A DNA stretch of 64,000 nucleotides from a virus (taxonomy: Duplodnaviria > Caudoviricetes). Below are positions 1-9,758 of this stretch, piece after piece. Below the pieces are notes generated by a model. That model saw only the letters and a list, made by a program, of their open reading frames with translations, had not been told where the DNA came from and ran no database searches. How positions within the stretch are numbered: the stretch's first letter is position 1; the number at the start of each line of letters is the position of its first letter. The position numbers were made by a program, and so were the translations under genes. The stretch lies in the IMG/VR virus record IMGVR_UViG_2864653697_000002; one strand, given 5' to 3'.

Positions 1-483
1 CACGACGACGCACTGTCCGCCTTTGCGGGCTCCCTGGACGACCCGTCCAATCAAGACGAAGGAGAAAGAGAGATGTCCACTCCGGACAACTCGGCGGTCG
101 ACCAGGCCGCCCATGAGAAGGCCATCGCCGATGCCGCGACCACTGCGGCCGCAGCGATGCAGGCACGCATCGGCGGTATCCTGCAGCACGAGGAAGCGAA
201 GGGGCGCGAGGAACTCGCCAACCATTTCGCGTTCGCGACCGACATGAGCGTCGAGGCGGCCGCCGCTGCGCTCGCCACGGCTCCCAGGAAGGTCGAGGCT
301 CCGCAGGCTCAGCAGACGCAGGCCGAGGCGACCAATCACCTGGACGCTGCGATGAGCAACATCGACCAGCCCAACATCGATGCCGGCGGATCGGGCAACG
401 ATCGCCAGGCCAACCCCGACGACGCGTCGGCCGATCTCGCGCTTGCCAAGCAGTTCGGTCTGCGCGGCTTCGTGCAGGCATAA
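1..483 (+). CDS. C-terminal part of head maturation protease/scaffold (lambda gpC/Nu3-like), truncated by window edge
   Basis: Frame 1 is open from base 1; Ala-rich scaffold-like tail; internal RBS GAAGGAGA before ATG 73; lies just upstream of decoration and capsid genes. Confidence 0.75.
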   Translation, partial: HDDALSAFAGSLDDPSNQDEGEREMSTPDNSAVDQAAHEKAIADAATTAAAAMQARIGGILQHEEAKGREELANHFAFATDMSVEAAAAALATAPRKVEAPQAQQTQAEATNHLDAAMSNIDQPNIDAGGSGNDRQANPDDASADLALAKQFGLRGFVQA

Positions 484-495
484 GGAGAATTCGCG

Positions 496-954
496 ATGGC
501 CAACATCATTATGTCCTACAAGAACGCCCACGTCCGCGGCGTTCCCGCCTTCGAGGTGATGGATCTCTACACCGACAGCAATCTGCTGGCCGGCGCCGAA
601 CCGGCGGTGCAGGGACCGCGCCGCATCCTGCTCGGCGACAGCCTCACTCTCGCGCCGTTCAGCGTGGTCGGCCTCTCCAGCGGAAAGCTCGTCATGGCGA
701 CGTACAACGCCACCCTGTCGAGCGCCATCAAGCCGATCGGCGTCCTGCTGCACGGCGCGACGTCCGGCTCGAGCAACACGACCGTGTTCGGCGAAGTGCT
801 GCTCACCGGCAACTTCAACGCAGGCGTCAATGATACCGGCGATGACAGCCCGCTGGTCTGGCATGCGTCGTTCGACACGCTCGCCAAGAAGACGACCTGG
901 GAAGGCGTGGTCGGAAACCCGCTGCTGGTCTTCCGCCAGCGCCGCATCGTCTGA
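496..954 (+). CDS. Head decoration protein (lambda gpD-like)
   Basis: 152 aa between protease and capsid; RBS AAGGAG. Confidence 0.75.
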   Translation: MANIIMSYKNAHVRGVPAFEVMDLYTDSNLLAGAEPAVQGPRRILLGDSLTLAPFSVVGLSSGKLVMATYNATLSSAIKPIGVLLHGATSGSSNTTVFGEVLLTGNFNAGVNDTGDDSPLVWHASFDTLAKKTTWEGVVGNPLLVFRQRRIV

Positions 955-993
955 CGTTCGCCCAACTTGTCAACATTATAGGGATTTCGCACT

Positions 994-2094
994 ATGACCA
1001 CCTATGCTTCGGCGAACCCGTATGAGCTGTGGACTTCGCGTCGACTGCTTGGCGTGTTCCGCCAGAATCGCCCCGAGACCTGGGCGTTCGGCCGCTACTT
1101 CACGAACCAGATGCGCTCCACCGAGGAGTGGATCGACTTCGAGAAGCTCCCCATCCGCAGCCGCTCGCTGGCCCCGTTCGTGAAGCCGAAGGGTGAAGGC
1201 CACGGCGTCTTCACCGATCGCGTCCAGGGCTACCGCTTCAAGCCGGCGAACATCGTTGTGCAGGATGCCGTCGACGAACTCCGTCCGCTGACGCAGCAGC
1301 CCGGCATCGACTATTCGATGCTGTCGCTCGGCACCCTGACTCCGATGCAGCGCATCGCTCTCATCAAGATGGCGATGGCCGCCGAATTCCAGCTCGCCGT
1401 CGAACGTCGCTGGGAGTGGATGAAGGCGCGCGCCATCATCGACGGCAAGGTGACCTGCGTCTATCGCGATGGCACCAGCGTGGAAGTCGACTTCCAGCGC
1501 GCGTCCGGCCACACCGAGGTGCTGTCGTCCGGCAATCGCTGGGGCGATTCCGGCGTGTCGATCTACAGCAAGTTCCAGTCGGTCATGGACACCATGAACA
1601 ACGCGGCTTTCGGCGGCACCATGGTGCATGCCGAGATGGGACAGGGCGTCGCCAACGTGCTGCTGGCTGACACCGAGATCAAGGCGAAGATGGAACAGTA
1701 CCATCCGGTGCCCGGCGTCAACGTCGAGCGCGGCCTTATCAACGGTTCTGGCGAGAAGCGCTACTCGATCGGCTCGTTCACTGTTGGCGGCAACAGCGGC
1801 CAGCGCATCGAACTGTGGGTGAACAACGAGACCTACACGGCCGACAACGGTTCGGCGGCGCGTTATCTCGGCACCAACGAGATCGTGTTCACGTCCACGC
1901 CGGAAGCGATCAACGGCTACGAGTGCTTCGGCATGATCGTCGACAAGGATGCCGAGTATCAGGCGCTCCCGATGTTCCCGAAGAACTTCGTGACCGGCGA
2001 GCGCGTGAAGACCGAGCACATCTCGATCGAGAGTGCGCCGCTGTTCGTGCCGATCAACCCCGACGCGACCTACAAGCTCACGCCGATCGCATAA
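994..2094 (+). CDS. Major capsid protein (lambda gpE family)
   Basis: 366 aa; SLAPFVKP, RWEWMKARAIIDGK and ESAPLFVP motifs typical of the gpE family; synteny. Confidence 0.9.
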   Translation: MTTYASANPYELWTSRRLLGVFRQNRPETWAFGRYFTNQMRSTEEWIDFEKLPIRSRSLAPFVKPKGEGHGVFTDRVQGYRFKPANIVVQDAVDELRPLTQQPGIDYSMLSLGTLTPMQRIALIKMAMAAEFQLAVERRWEWMKARAIIDGKVTCVYRDGTSVEVDFQRASGHTEVLSSGNRWGDSGVSIYSKFQSVMDTMNNAAFGGTMVHAEMGQGVANVLLADTEIKAKMEQYHPVPGVNVERGLINGSGEKRYSIGSFTVGGNSGQRIELWVNNETYTADNGSAARYLGTNEIVFTSTPEAINGYECFGMIVDKDAEYQALPMFPKNFVTGERVKTEHISIESAPLFVPINPDATYKLTPIA

Positions 2095-2103
2095 ATCATC
2101 TGC

Positions 2104-2126
2104 GGCGGGCGGCTTCGGCCGCCCGT
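2104..2126 (+). terminator. GC hairpin after capsid gene
   Basis: GCGGGCGGC-TTCG-GCCGCCCGT stem-loop; U-tract weak. Confidence 0.6.
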
Positions 2127-2158
2127 CTCGTCAACATTATCGTGATTGAGGATCTTTT

Positions 2159-2551
2159 ATGGCCAACACAACCAAGACTCCGGCGGCTCCCGCCGAAACG
2201 ACGCCGCCCGCTCCCGCTCCCGAGAAGGCGAAGATCGCGCCGGTGAAGAGCGTCCTGCGCATCGACTCCGTAATCATGCCGGACACCATGTTCGTTCCGG
2301 ACAGCGCCGAGCAGCGCGAAGAGCTTTTCGCGCTGAACGCAGTCGTCGAACTCGACGAGGCCGAAGCGGCCCTGGCCGAGAAGATCGCGGTGCTCAGCTA
2401 CGGTGAGCTCACCGTCGCCAACGACATCGCGCGCAAGCGGATCATCGCCGAGCAGGAAGAGAAGCAGCTCGCGAGGGACTTCGCGAAGAAGGCGCTGCTC
2501 GACGCCGTCAAGGCCGTCGCCCCCATCGCCGCTGCGTCGGACGACTTCTGA
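2159..2551 (+). CDS. Head-associated protein (gpFI-like position)
   Basis: 130 aa Ala/Pro-rich, follows the capsid gene. Confidence 0.5.
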   Translation: MANTTKTPAAPAETTPPAPAPEKAKIAPVKSVLRIDSVIMPDTMFVPDSAEQREELFALNAVVELDEAEAALAEKIAVLSYGELTVANDIARKRIIAEQEEKQLARDFAKKALLDAVKAVAPIAAASDDF

Positions 2552-2553
2552 CG

Positions 2554-2928
2554 ATGGCAAGCCGCGCGCAAATTGCGATGCGGCGCATGCGCCGGGACGC
2601 CCATTCGCAGTGGGCTGTCCCGGCGCTCTACATTGCATTTGCAGGCGCAGAGCCGCGCGACGTTACCGTGCGCCTGTGGCTGAAGTCCGACAACAACATG
2701 GTCGGGGCGCTTCAGGGCATGTCGTCGGCAGAGATGGCCGAGCCCTCCGACCGCATCCGCTTTGATCTCAAGGAAATTTCAGCGGTACGCCGCAACGCAA
2801 TCGTCTCCGTCGAGGATGGCGAGGCGTACCGGATCGACTTCCAGTATCCGCCGTATCGCGGTTTCCAGACTGCTCGCGTAACCCGCTTGAGCACAGAGGA
2901 AGCCGAAGGACTTCCGGTGCCGGAATGA
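2554..2928 (+). CDS. Head-tail joining protein (gpFII-like)
   Basis: 124 aa; synteny in the neck module. Confidence 0.6.
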   Translation: MASRAQIAMRRMRRDAHSQWAVPALYIAFAGAEPRDVTVRLWLKSDNNMVGALQGMSSAEMAEPSDRIRFDLKEISAVRRNAIVSVEDGEAYRIDFQYPPYRGFQTARVTRLSTEEAEGLPVPE

Positions 2929-3536
2929 GCGAGGCTTATGTCATCGCCATCGAAGGTTTCGCGTCGGATCGGCCGTTCGAAACTCTTCCCGCTGCAATCA
3001 AGACCGCAGCGCGTCGCGCCGTCAATCGCACGGCCGATCGCGCGCGAACCGATGCGGCGCGACGAATGCTGCAGCAGGTGAAGCTGCCGCCAAGCTACCT
3101 GCAACCATCGCAGGGCCGCCTCACCGTATCGAAGCGCGCCTCCGGCGACGACATGGAAGCCATCGTGACCGGACGGCAGCGTCCGACGAGCCTGGCTCGC
3201 TTCGCGCGCGGCAATGCACCTAGCAAGACCGGCGTATCGGTGGAAGTGGCGCCGGGTTTCGCCAGGTTCATGCGTCGCGCTTTTCTCATCCGCCTGCGCG
3301 CAGGTTCCGCTGATCTCGACACGAAGTCGAACCTCGGCCTCGCCATCCGCCTCAAGCCCGGAGAGAGGATCGAGAGCAAGCGCCAGATGATCCGCATGAA
3401 GGGGAATCTCTATCTCCTTTACGGCCCCAGCGTCGATCAATTGTTCAATACGATCCGCGAAGACATCGCGCCGGACACGCAGGATTTCCTCTCCGCAGAG
3501 TTCCTGCGGCTCGTCGAACTGGACGGTATCCAATGA
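2925..3536 (+). CDS. Tail completion protein (lambda gpZ-like)
   Basis: Basic protein with RAVNRTA and LYGPSVDQLF motifs; ATGA overlaps. Confidence 0.7.
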   Translation: MSEAYVIAIEGFASDRPFETLPAAIKTAARRAVNRTADRARTDAARRMLQQVKLPPSYLQPSQGRLTVSKRASGDDMEAIVTGRQRPTSLARFARGNAPSKTGVSVEVAPGFARFMRRAFLIRLRAGSADLDTKSNLGLAIRLKPGERIESKRQMIRMKGNLYLLYGPSVDQLFNTIREDIAPDTQDFLSAEFLRLVELDGIQ

Positions 3537-4078
3537 GCGACCCCTTCAAGCTACGGGTCTTGAAGGCGCTGACTGCTGCCCTCAAGACCATCACGCCGGC
3601 CAATGGCTACGATCATGATCTGTCCGACGGGACGCACGGCGACGGCGCTGCGCTGGAACGTGTCTTCCGAGGCCGCGAGTGGTTCGGCGATTCCGATCCA
3701 ATTCCGATGCTCTGCGTGCTCGAAGCCACGAGCGGCGAAGACGAACTGCTCGCGATGTCGCAGACAGCCGCATCGCAGTACGACTGGCCGATCCTCATCC
3801 AGGGCTTCGTCAAGGACGATCCGGCGCACCCGACCGACCCGGCGTACAAACTTCTCGCCGACGTGCGGCTGTGTCTGGCGCGGGAGAGCACGCGCACGCT
3901 CGAAGGCAGTCGCGGCATCAAGGATCCTCTGGGCCTCGGCTCGGGAGCGAACCGCATCGAGAAGATGGCCATCGGCGCCGGGACCGTGCGTCCGGCGGGC
4001 GACGTGTCAGCCAAGGCCTACTTCTGGCTGATCGTGACGCTCACCGTGATCGATCAGGCGGGAAGTCCATACGCCTGA
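3533..4078 (+). CDS. Tail terminator protein (gpU-like)
   Basis: 181 aa directly before the tail tube gene. Confidence 0.6.
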   Translation: MSDPFKLRVLKALTAALKTITPANGYDHDLSDGTHGDGAALERVFRGREWFGDSDPIPMLCVLEATSGEDELLAMSQTAASQYDWPILIQGFVKDDPAHPTDPAYKLLADVRLCLARESTRTLEGSRGIKDPLGLGSGANRIEKMAIGAGTVRPAGDVSAKAYFWLIVTLTVIDQAGSPYA

Positions 4079-4139
4079 ACCGTCTAGTTTTACCATCAAA
4101 TCACTATTATAGTGATAATACGCAAGGAGTGTGTAGCAT

Positions 4140-4904
4140 ATGAGCACCCATAACGACAATCTCACGCTCGGGCGTGGCCAGCTCTGGTTCAAGAAGGACG
4201 GCATGTCCGGCTTCCGGTTCCTGGGCAACGCTCCGGCGTTCAACATCAACGTGACCAGCGAAAAGCTGCCGCATTACCGGTCGACCCGGGGAATTCGCGA
4301 GAAGGACCGCGACATCGTCGTGCAGACCAATCGTACGTCGACGCTGCAACTCGAGGACATCTCCGAGGAGAACCTGGCCCTGTATCTGCTCGGCAGCACC
4401 TCCGAGATCGCGCAGACGTCAGCGACCGCGCAGAGCGAGACCTTCACCGATGTCAATCTCGGCGGTCTCTATCAGGTCGGCGCGACGACCGCCAATCCGA
4501 CCGGCATTCGCAAGCTGTCGAATTTCGTGCTGAAGAAGGGGGCCACGACTCTCGTTCTCAACACGGATTACGAAGTCGATCTGGACCGCGGCACCTTCGA
4601 GGTTCTGGCAACCAGTTCGACCGTCGATGAAGGTGACGATCTGACGGCCGAGTTCGACCGGGCAGCGATCAAGCGCAAGCAGACGGTATCCGGTTCCAAC
4701 TCGGCCGCGGGCGAGATCAAGTTTGTGGCTTTCCCCGCCGAAGGTGAGCCGCGCGATTTTCTCATGCCGTCGGCAACGATCAGTCCGAACGGGGAATTCG
4801 CGCTGATCGCCGAGAACACCCTCCAGTCGATCCCGCTCACGGTGGAGATCCAGACCAAAGGGAATCTCAGCGCCATCTACTGCGACGGCGCGCCTTACGC
4901 GTAA
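4140..4904 (+). CDS. Major tail tube protein
   Basis: LGRGQLWF and FLGNAPAFN motifs; 254 aa; synteny. Confidence 0.85.
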   Translation: MSTHNDNLTLGRGQLWFKKDGMSGFRFLGNAPAFNINVTSEKLPHYRSTRGIREKDRDIVVQTNRTSTLQLEDISEENLALYLLGSTSEIAQTSATAQSETFTDVNLGGLYQVGATTANPTGIRKLSNFVLKKGATTLVLNTDYEVDLDRGTFEVLATSSTVDEGDDLTAEFDRAAIKRKQTVSGSNSAAGEIKFVAFPAEGEPRDFLMPSATISPNGEFALIAENTLQSIPLTVEIQTKGNLSAIYCDGAPYA

Positions 4905-4919
4905 GGAGAACCAGGGGCT

Positions 4920-5402
4920 ATGACTTCCTCGCTCAGAAAAATCTCGAACCCGATCCCGACTATGGCCGTGCCCGTCTCCGATGAGGAGTCGTTCACGGTC
5001 AGAGGGGTCGGGCCGAACGACATCATGCATGTCTATTATCGCCATGTCGGAGCCATTTCGACGGCGTTCGACAAACTGGCGGATCGCTACCGTCAGATCG
5101 GCGAAGTCGGTCAGACCGACGTCTCTGCGCTTATCGCCGGCATCGTGGAGGATGCTCCGACCGTTGTGGCCGAGATCATCGCCATCGCGTCCGGCTCCGA
5201 TCCGACCGCCGAGGCGGAATTCGAAGAGGACGTGAAGCTCGCCCTTTCCCTGTCGTTCGGCACAACGGTGTCGGCGCTCGAGAAGATCGGTCAGCTCACC
5301 TTCACGACGGAGATGCCGGCGGGAAAGTTCTTCGCCCTGATCGCAAGGATGGTGCCGGCGAGACTGGGCGAAACGGCGGCACCGAGCGACGACGCGAACT
5401 GA
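4920..5402 (+). CDS. Tail assembly chaperone (gpG-like)
   Basis: Between tube and tape measure genes; carries slippery G GGA AAG at 5321-5327. Confidence 0.8.
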   Translation: MTSSLRKISNPIPTMAVPVSDEESFTVRGVGPNDIMHVYYRHVGAISTAFDKLADRYRQIGEVGQTDVSALIAGIVEDAPTVVAEIIAIASGSDPTAEAEFEEDVKLALSLSFGTTVSALEKIGQLTFTTEMPAGKFFALIARMVPARLGETAAPSDDAN

Positions 5403-5647
5403 AGGACTGGCTCTGGGAGATCCGGCAGAAGGTCAATCTTCTCCTCGATCATGGGCACCCAGACGCAGCGAACTACACCTTGGGGCGCTTGTCGGACGAA
5501 GCGGCACTGGTCGTTGAGCGATTGAACCGAAGCACTGTCGCGACGGCCATCGCCTTCCAGACTGCATATATCTCGTCACGCGCCGAGGCCGACAAGGGCC
5601 AGAAACTGATGGGGGACTTCATAGCGCGGCTGTTGCCGGGAGAATGA
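5321..5647 (+). CDS. -1 frameshift extension of the tail chaperone (gpGT-like); absent from the ORF track
   Basis: -1 frame is open from the slippery site to TGA 5645-5647 (KVLRPDRK...LLDHGHPDAANYTLGRL...LLPGE), ending 1 nt before the tape measure start. Confidence 0.85.
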   Translation, partial: GKVLRPDRKDGAGETGRNGGTERRRELKDWLWEIRQKVNLLLDHGHPDAANYTLGRLSDEAALVVERLNRSTVATAIAFQTAYISSRAEADKGQKLMGDFIARLLPGE

Positions 5648-5648
5648 A

Positions 5649-8600
5649 GTGGCCACAGTAAACTCTCGCGACGTCTCCCTTGTTATCAAGGCCCGTGACG
5701 AGGCATCGCGCGCGCTCGACACCATCGCGGAGTCCATGAACAAGCTCTTCTCCGGTCAGGAGAAGGTTGCCGGCTCTGCGCGCAGCACCGGCGCGAGCAT
5801 GGCCGAGATGGTGGCGGCGTTCGCTACTGTCGATCGGGCAGCGGCCACTGTCGCCTCGGCCGCCGATAAGGCCGAGCGCTCCCTGAATGCCCTGACGAGC
5901 TCGATCACCAAGCGTCGTCAGGAGCTCGCCGATTATCGTCGCCAGGCCGAAGAGGCTGCGCGCGCAATCCAGTTGTTGAGCAGCGCCGATGCGATCGTCG
6001 ATGCAGGACGCAATCAGGCTGGCCGTCTGACTTCGCTCCGCGAGCTTCAGGCGACCTACGACGGCCTGCAAAACAAGATCACGGCTGTCACCAAAGTCCT
6101 CGACGCCGAGGAGCAGAGGCTCGCTTCCAGTCGCTCATCGTTGCAGCAGCTCGGCTCAACGGCCATTGCCGCCGCCGATCAGCAGGAAAAGCTCACCCGC
6201 GCGCTGAATGACCGGCGCGAGGCACTGGCAGCCATCGCAGCAGAGGAAGAGCGCGCCGCGCGCGCCCAGGCCAATGTCGCTGCGCTCAACGCCCGCATTT
6301 CTCCCGCATTGGCCGGACGTTCGGCCAAGGACAACGGCGCAACGACCAGCGCACTGGACGCACGAGAAGAAGCGCGTGTTCTCCGGGAAGCGGCTGTCGC
6401 CCACGAACTCTTCGAGGCGCGCGTCAAGCAGGGCGTGCGTGAAATGCGCAGCGCCGAAGCGGCGACGAAGGCCTACGATAACTCCATCGAAGAACTGAAG
6501 CGCGAGCTCAATCCGCTGATCGCCCTTGAGGAGCGCTATCAGGCGAAACTTGCGCTGCTCAAGAAGGCATACGCCGACGGAAAGCTCGGCGCCAAGGAAC
6601 TAGGGGACGCCGAACGCCTTCTTGCCAACGAGCGGAAGCGCGCCGAAGCGGATATCGCGCGAAACGGGCGCCAGGGCGTAACGCTGTTCGGGCTGCGCCC
6701 TTACGAACTGACCAATCTCAGCTACCAGATCAACGACGTCGTCACCCAGCTCGCATCCGGAACTTCGCTGACGCAGACTCTGGCGCAGCAGGGCGGCCAG
6801 ATCCTGCAGCTTTTCCCGCGCGCCGGTTCGGCCATCGCCGCGGCGTTTTCGAGCAAGGCGTTCATCGGCGCATCGGTCGTTATCGCCGGCATCGCGTTGG
6901 CGATCAAGGGCGCCGCGGACGAAGCCGAGCGCCTGCGCACCATCACCGGCAATCTCGAACTTGATGCGGCCGGCGGCAATTACAACGCCACTGCCATCTC
7001 GGCGGTCGTCGATAACATGCGCAGCCTCGGCGCCTATGCCAAGGACGCCATGGCCGCCGTCAAGACGTTCACGGACGAAGGGCTTCGGCAAGATCGCTTC
7101 GATCAGTTCGGTCAGACTGCCATCAATATGTCGCGTGTGCTTGGCATCGAAGTGGTGGACGCCGCCAAGCAGATGGCCGAAGCCTTCTCGGGCGGCTACG
7201 ATGCGATCGTCAAGCTGGACGAAGCGACCAACTTCCTCACGGCGCAGCAGCGCGAGCGCATCCGCACATTGTTCGAGGAAGGTGATGCCGAACGCGCCCG
7301 CGCCATGGCGCTCGACCTCTACACGACGAAAATGGACGCCGTCGCCGACAAGCAGCGCGGTAGCTGGGAGCAGTCCACGCAGGCGCTGAACCGTGGCTGG
7401 CAGAACCTCAAGGACACAATCGGCGACACGGCATTCATTCAGGGCGCCTACAACGCCCTTGAATCGCTCGGCAACCTGCTCGATCGCATCGCCAACAAGC
7501 TGAGCAGCACGCGTACCGTCGGTGTCATTAATCAGGACATCGGCGATGCCACGGCAAAGCTGACGCGCGCGCAGCAGGAACTCGAGAAGGCCAGAACGCC
7601 GCTTGAGCGCTCCTACTATCAGCAGACGATCGCCCAGCTTGACGCGCGCATCCTGGAACTCACCTTCGAGCGTGCGCGCGCCGCCGCGCGCGGCGGTGGC
7701 GGTGTTACGAACGAGAGTGACGCCGACAGCCGGGCCGCAAAGGCGCGTTCCGACAAGCTGCGCGAGATTAATCTCGAGCGGGAACTGGAAGAGCTTCGCC
7801 GCAAGAGCGACAAGGAACGCCTTTCTCAGAGCGAAAAGGCCCGGCGCGAAGAGATCGCCGGCATCCTGGCTGCGAAGAGTGCGCAGGACACCCAGGTCGC
7901 TGCCGCGCTGCGTCGCAACGCCATCGAGAAAGAACACGCCGCGATCCTCAAGGATGAGGAGAAGGTTATCAAGGCCGGCGCATCGGCCATGAAATCCGCC
8001 GCCGCCGAGCGCGAGCGAGCCATCCAGCAGTTCAACAGCCGGGTGGTCGGCGCAGAGGGCGGAACGGCGAAGAACCCCAACTCGTCTGCGGTTGGCTTCG
8101 GTCAGTTCATCGACAGCACCTGGCTCGACCAGTTCAAGCGCGTCTTCTCCGAGCAGTCGAAGTCGATGAGCGATCAGCAGATTCTCGCGCTTCGCAACAA
8201 CCAGCAGGTCGCGCGCGCGATCATCGACAACTATGCGCGCGAGAACGCAAGGTTTCTCGAACGCTTCGGCCAGAAGGTCACGGCGGCCAACCTCTATCTG
8301 GCGCACTTCCTCGGTGCCGGCGACGCTCTCAAGGTGCTGCGAGCCGACGGCGACACGCCGGTGGATCAGATACTGAGCCGCAGAGTCATGCAGGCGAACC
8401 GCGGCTACCTTTATGAGAACGGCCGCGCGCGCACCGCAGACGAACTCGAGCGCTTCATCGCCAATCGCATCGGCGATACCGGTGCGGCGCAAACCGCCGG
8501 ACAGGCTGAAATCGAGCGTCTCACGCAGGAAGCCGCAGAGGCGCAGGAGCGCTTCAACCGGGAGATCGAGAAGGCGAACGATGAGCGCGAGCGGAGCATC

Positions 8601-9755
8601 GCCGCGCTGCGCACGCAGAACGAGCTCCAGGACAGCGCACTCATCGCCGCCGAGAAGGAAATCGCTGTCGCCAAGGCGGAGTTCGATCTCCGTCAGCGCG
8701 TGGCGGACATCAACACGCGTCTGAAGCCCGGGCAGGACGCAATCCAGCTCACCGAGGCGCAGATCCAGCGCACCCGCGAACTGGCGGCCGCCGAGTTCGA
8801 TCTGGCCAAGGCGCGCGATCTCGCGCAGGCGCAGACGCGCGAAGTTCAGGCGCCGATCGATCGCCTCACCGCAGAGCGCGACGCATTGCAGGCGCGTATC
8901 GACTACCTCAACGAGAATGGTCTCTACGATCAGGCGCGCTCCCTTGTCCCCGACCTGACTGCGACGAACAGCGAACTGCGCGACGCCATCGCCGCGGCGA
9001 TCGAGTTTTATGAGGCGCTGGATCTCTCCAATGATGCGCTTCATCGCACGCCGGAGGAAATTCGCGCCATCATCGAGCGTCTCAAGACCGCCAATGACGA
9101 GACCCGGCAGTGGGTGACAGTCATGGGGATCGGCGGCAAGACGATCGCCCAGACGTTCAGCGGCAGCGCGGTCAGCGCGATCGACAGTTTCGCGCAGGCA
9201 ATCGCGCAGGGGCAGAACGCCTTCGGTGCGCTCTGGTCGTCGTTCCGCCAGTTCGCTGCGGACTTCCTGCTGCGGATCGCACAGATGATCCAGCAGCAGC
9301 TCATCTTCAATCTGGTCAGCGGATTGCTTGGCGGTCTTGCCGGAGGGCTGGCAGGTGGCGCCGCAGGCGGTGGCTTCGGGGCTTCGAACCCCTTCGTCCC
9401 CACCAGCATCGCGCATAGCGGCGGCGTCGTCGGCCATGGGCTGCAGCAGCGCATGGTTGCCCCTCAGTGGTTCAATAACGCCACGCGTTACCATAGCGGC
9501 GGCATCGCAGGACTGGCACCCGATGAGGTGGCGACAATCCTGCGCAAAGGCGAAGAGGTGTTGACCGAAACCGATCCGCGTCACCGCTACAATGGCGGCG
9601 GCAGCGCCGGTCGACCGCAGGATGTCACCGTCATCAACGCCTTCGACGCGGCCGACATGCTGGTTCGCGCTCTCGAAACGAGAGAAGGCACACGCGCGAT
9701 CCTCAATTTCGTCGGGTCCAACGCCCGGGCCTTCTCTCAGGCGATGGGGGGCTGA
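5649..9755 (+). CDS. Tape measure protein with internal lysozyme/transglycosylase-like domain
   Basis: 1368 aa, Ala-rich helical; QLASGTSLTQTLAQQGGQI motif; AEGG...SSAVGFGQFIDSTW...LYLAHFLG segment. Confidence 0.92.
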   Translation: MATVNSRDVSLVIKARDEASRALDTIAESMNKLFSGQEKVAGSARSTGASMAEMVAAFATVDRAAATVASAADKAERSLNALTSSITKRRQELADYRRQAEEAARAIQLLSSADAIVDAGRNQAGRLTSLRELQATYDGLQNKITAVTKVLDAEEQRLASSRSSLQQLGSTAIAAADQQEKLTRALNDRREALAAIAAEEERAARAQANVAALNARISPALAGRSAKDNGATTSALDAREEARVLREAAVAHELFEARVKQGVREMRSAEAATKAYDNSIEELKRELNPLIALEERYQAKLALLKKAYADGKLGAKELGDAERLLANERKRAEADIARNGRQGVTLFGLRPYELTNLSYQINDVVTQLASGTSLTQTLAQQGGQILQLFPRAGSAIAAAFSSKAFIGASVVIAGIALAIKGAADEAERLRTITGNLELDAAGGNYNATAISAVVDNMRSLGAYAKDAMAAVKTFTDEGLRQDRFDQFGQTAINMSRVLGIEVVDAAKQMAEAFSGGYDAIVKLDEATNFLTAQQRERIRTLFEEGDAERARAMALDLYTTKMDAVADKQRGSWEQSTQALNRGWQNLKDTIGDTAFIQGAYNALESLGNLLDRIANKLSSTRTVGVINQDIGDATAKLTRAQQELEKARTPLERSYYQQTIAQLDARILELTFERARAAARGGGGVTNESDADSRAAKARSDKLREINLERELEELRRKSDKERLSQSEKARREEIAGILAAKSAQDTQVAAALRRNAIEKEHAAILKDEEKVIKAGASAMKSAAAERERAIQQFNSRVVGAEGGTAKNPNSSAVGFGQFIDSTWLDQFKRVFSEQSKSMSDQQILALRNNQQVARAIIDNYARENARFLERFGQKVTAANLYLAHFLGAGDALKVLRADGDTPVDQILSRRVMQANRGYLYENGRARTADELERFIANRIGDTGAAQTAGQAEIERLTQEAAEAQERFNREIEKANDERERSIAALRTQNELQDSALIAAEKEIAVAKAEFDLRQRVADINTRLKPGQDAIQLTEAQIQRTRELAAAEFDLAKARDLAQAQTREVQAPIDRLTAERDALQARIDYLNENGLYDQARSLVPDLTATNSELRDAIAAAIEFYEALDLSNDALHRTPEEIRAIIERLKTANDETRQWVTVMGIGGKTIAQTFSGSAVSAIDSFAQAIAQGQNAFGALWSSFRQFAADFLLRIAQMIQQQLIFNLVSGLLGGLAGGLAGGAAGGGFGASNPFVPTSIAHSGGVVGHGLQQRMVAPQWFNNATRYHSGGIAGLAPDEVATILRKGEEVLTETDPRHRYNGGGSAGRPQDVTVINAFDAADMLVRALETREGTRAILNFVGSNARAFSQAMGG

Positions 9756-9758
9756 CGC

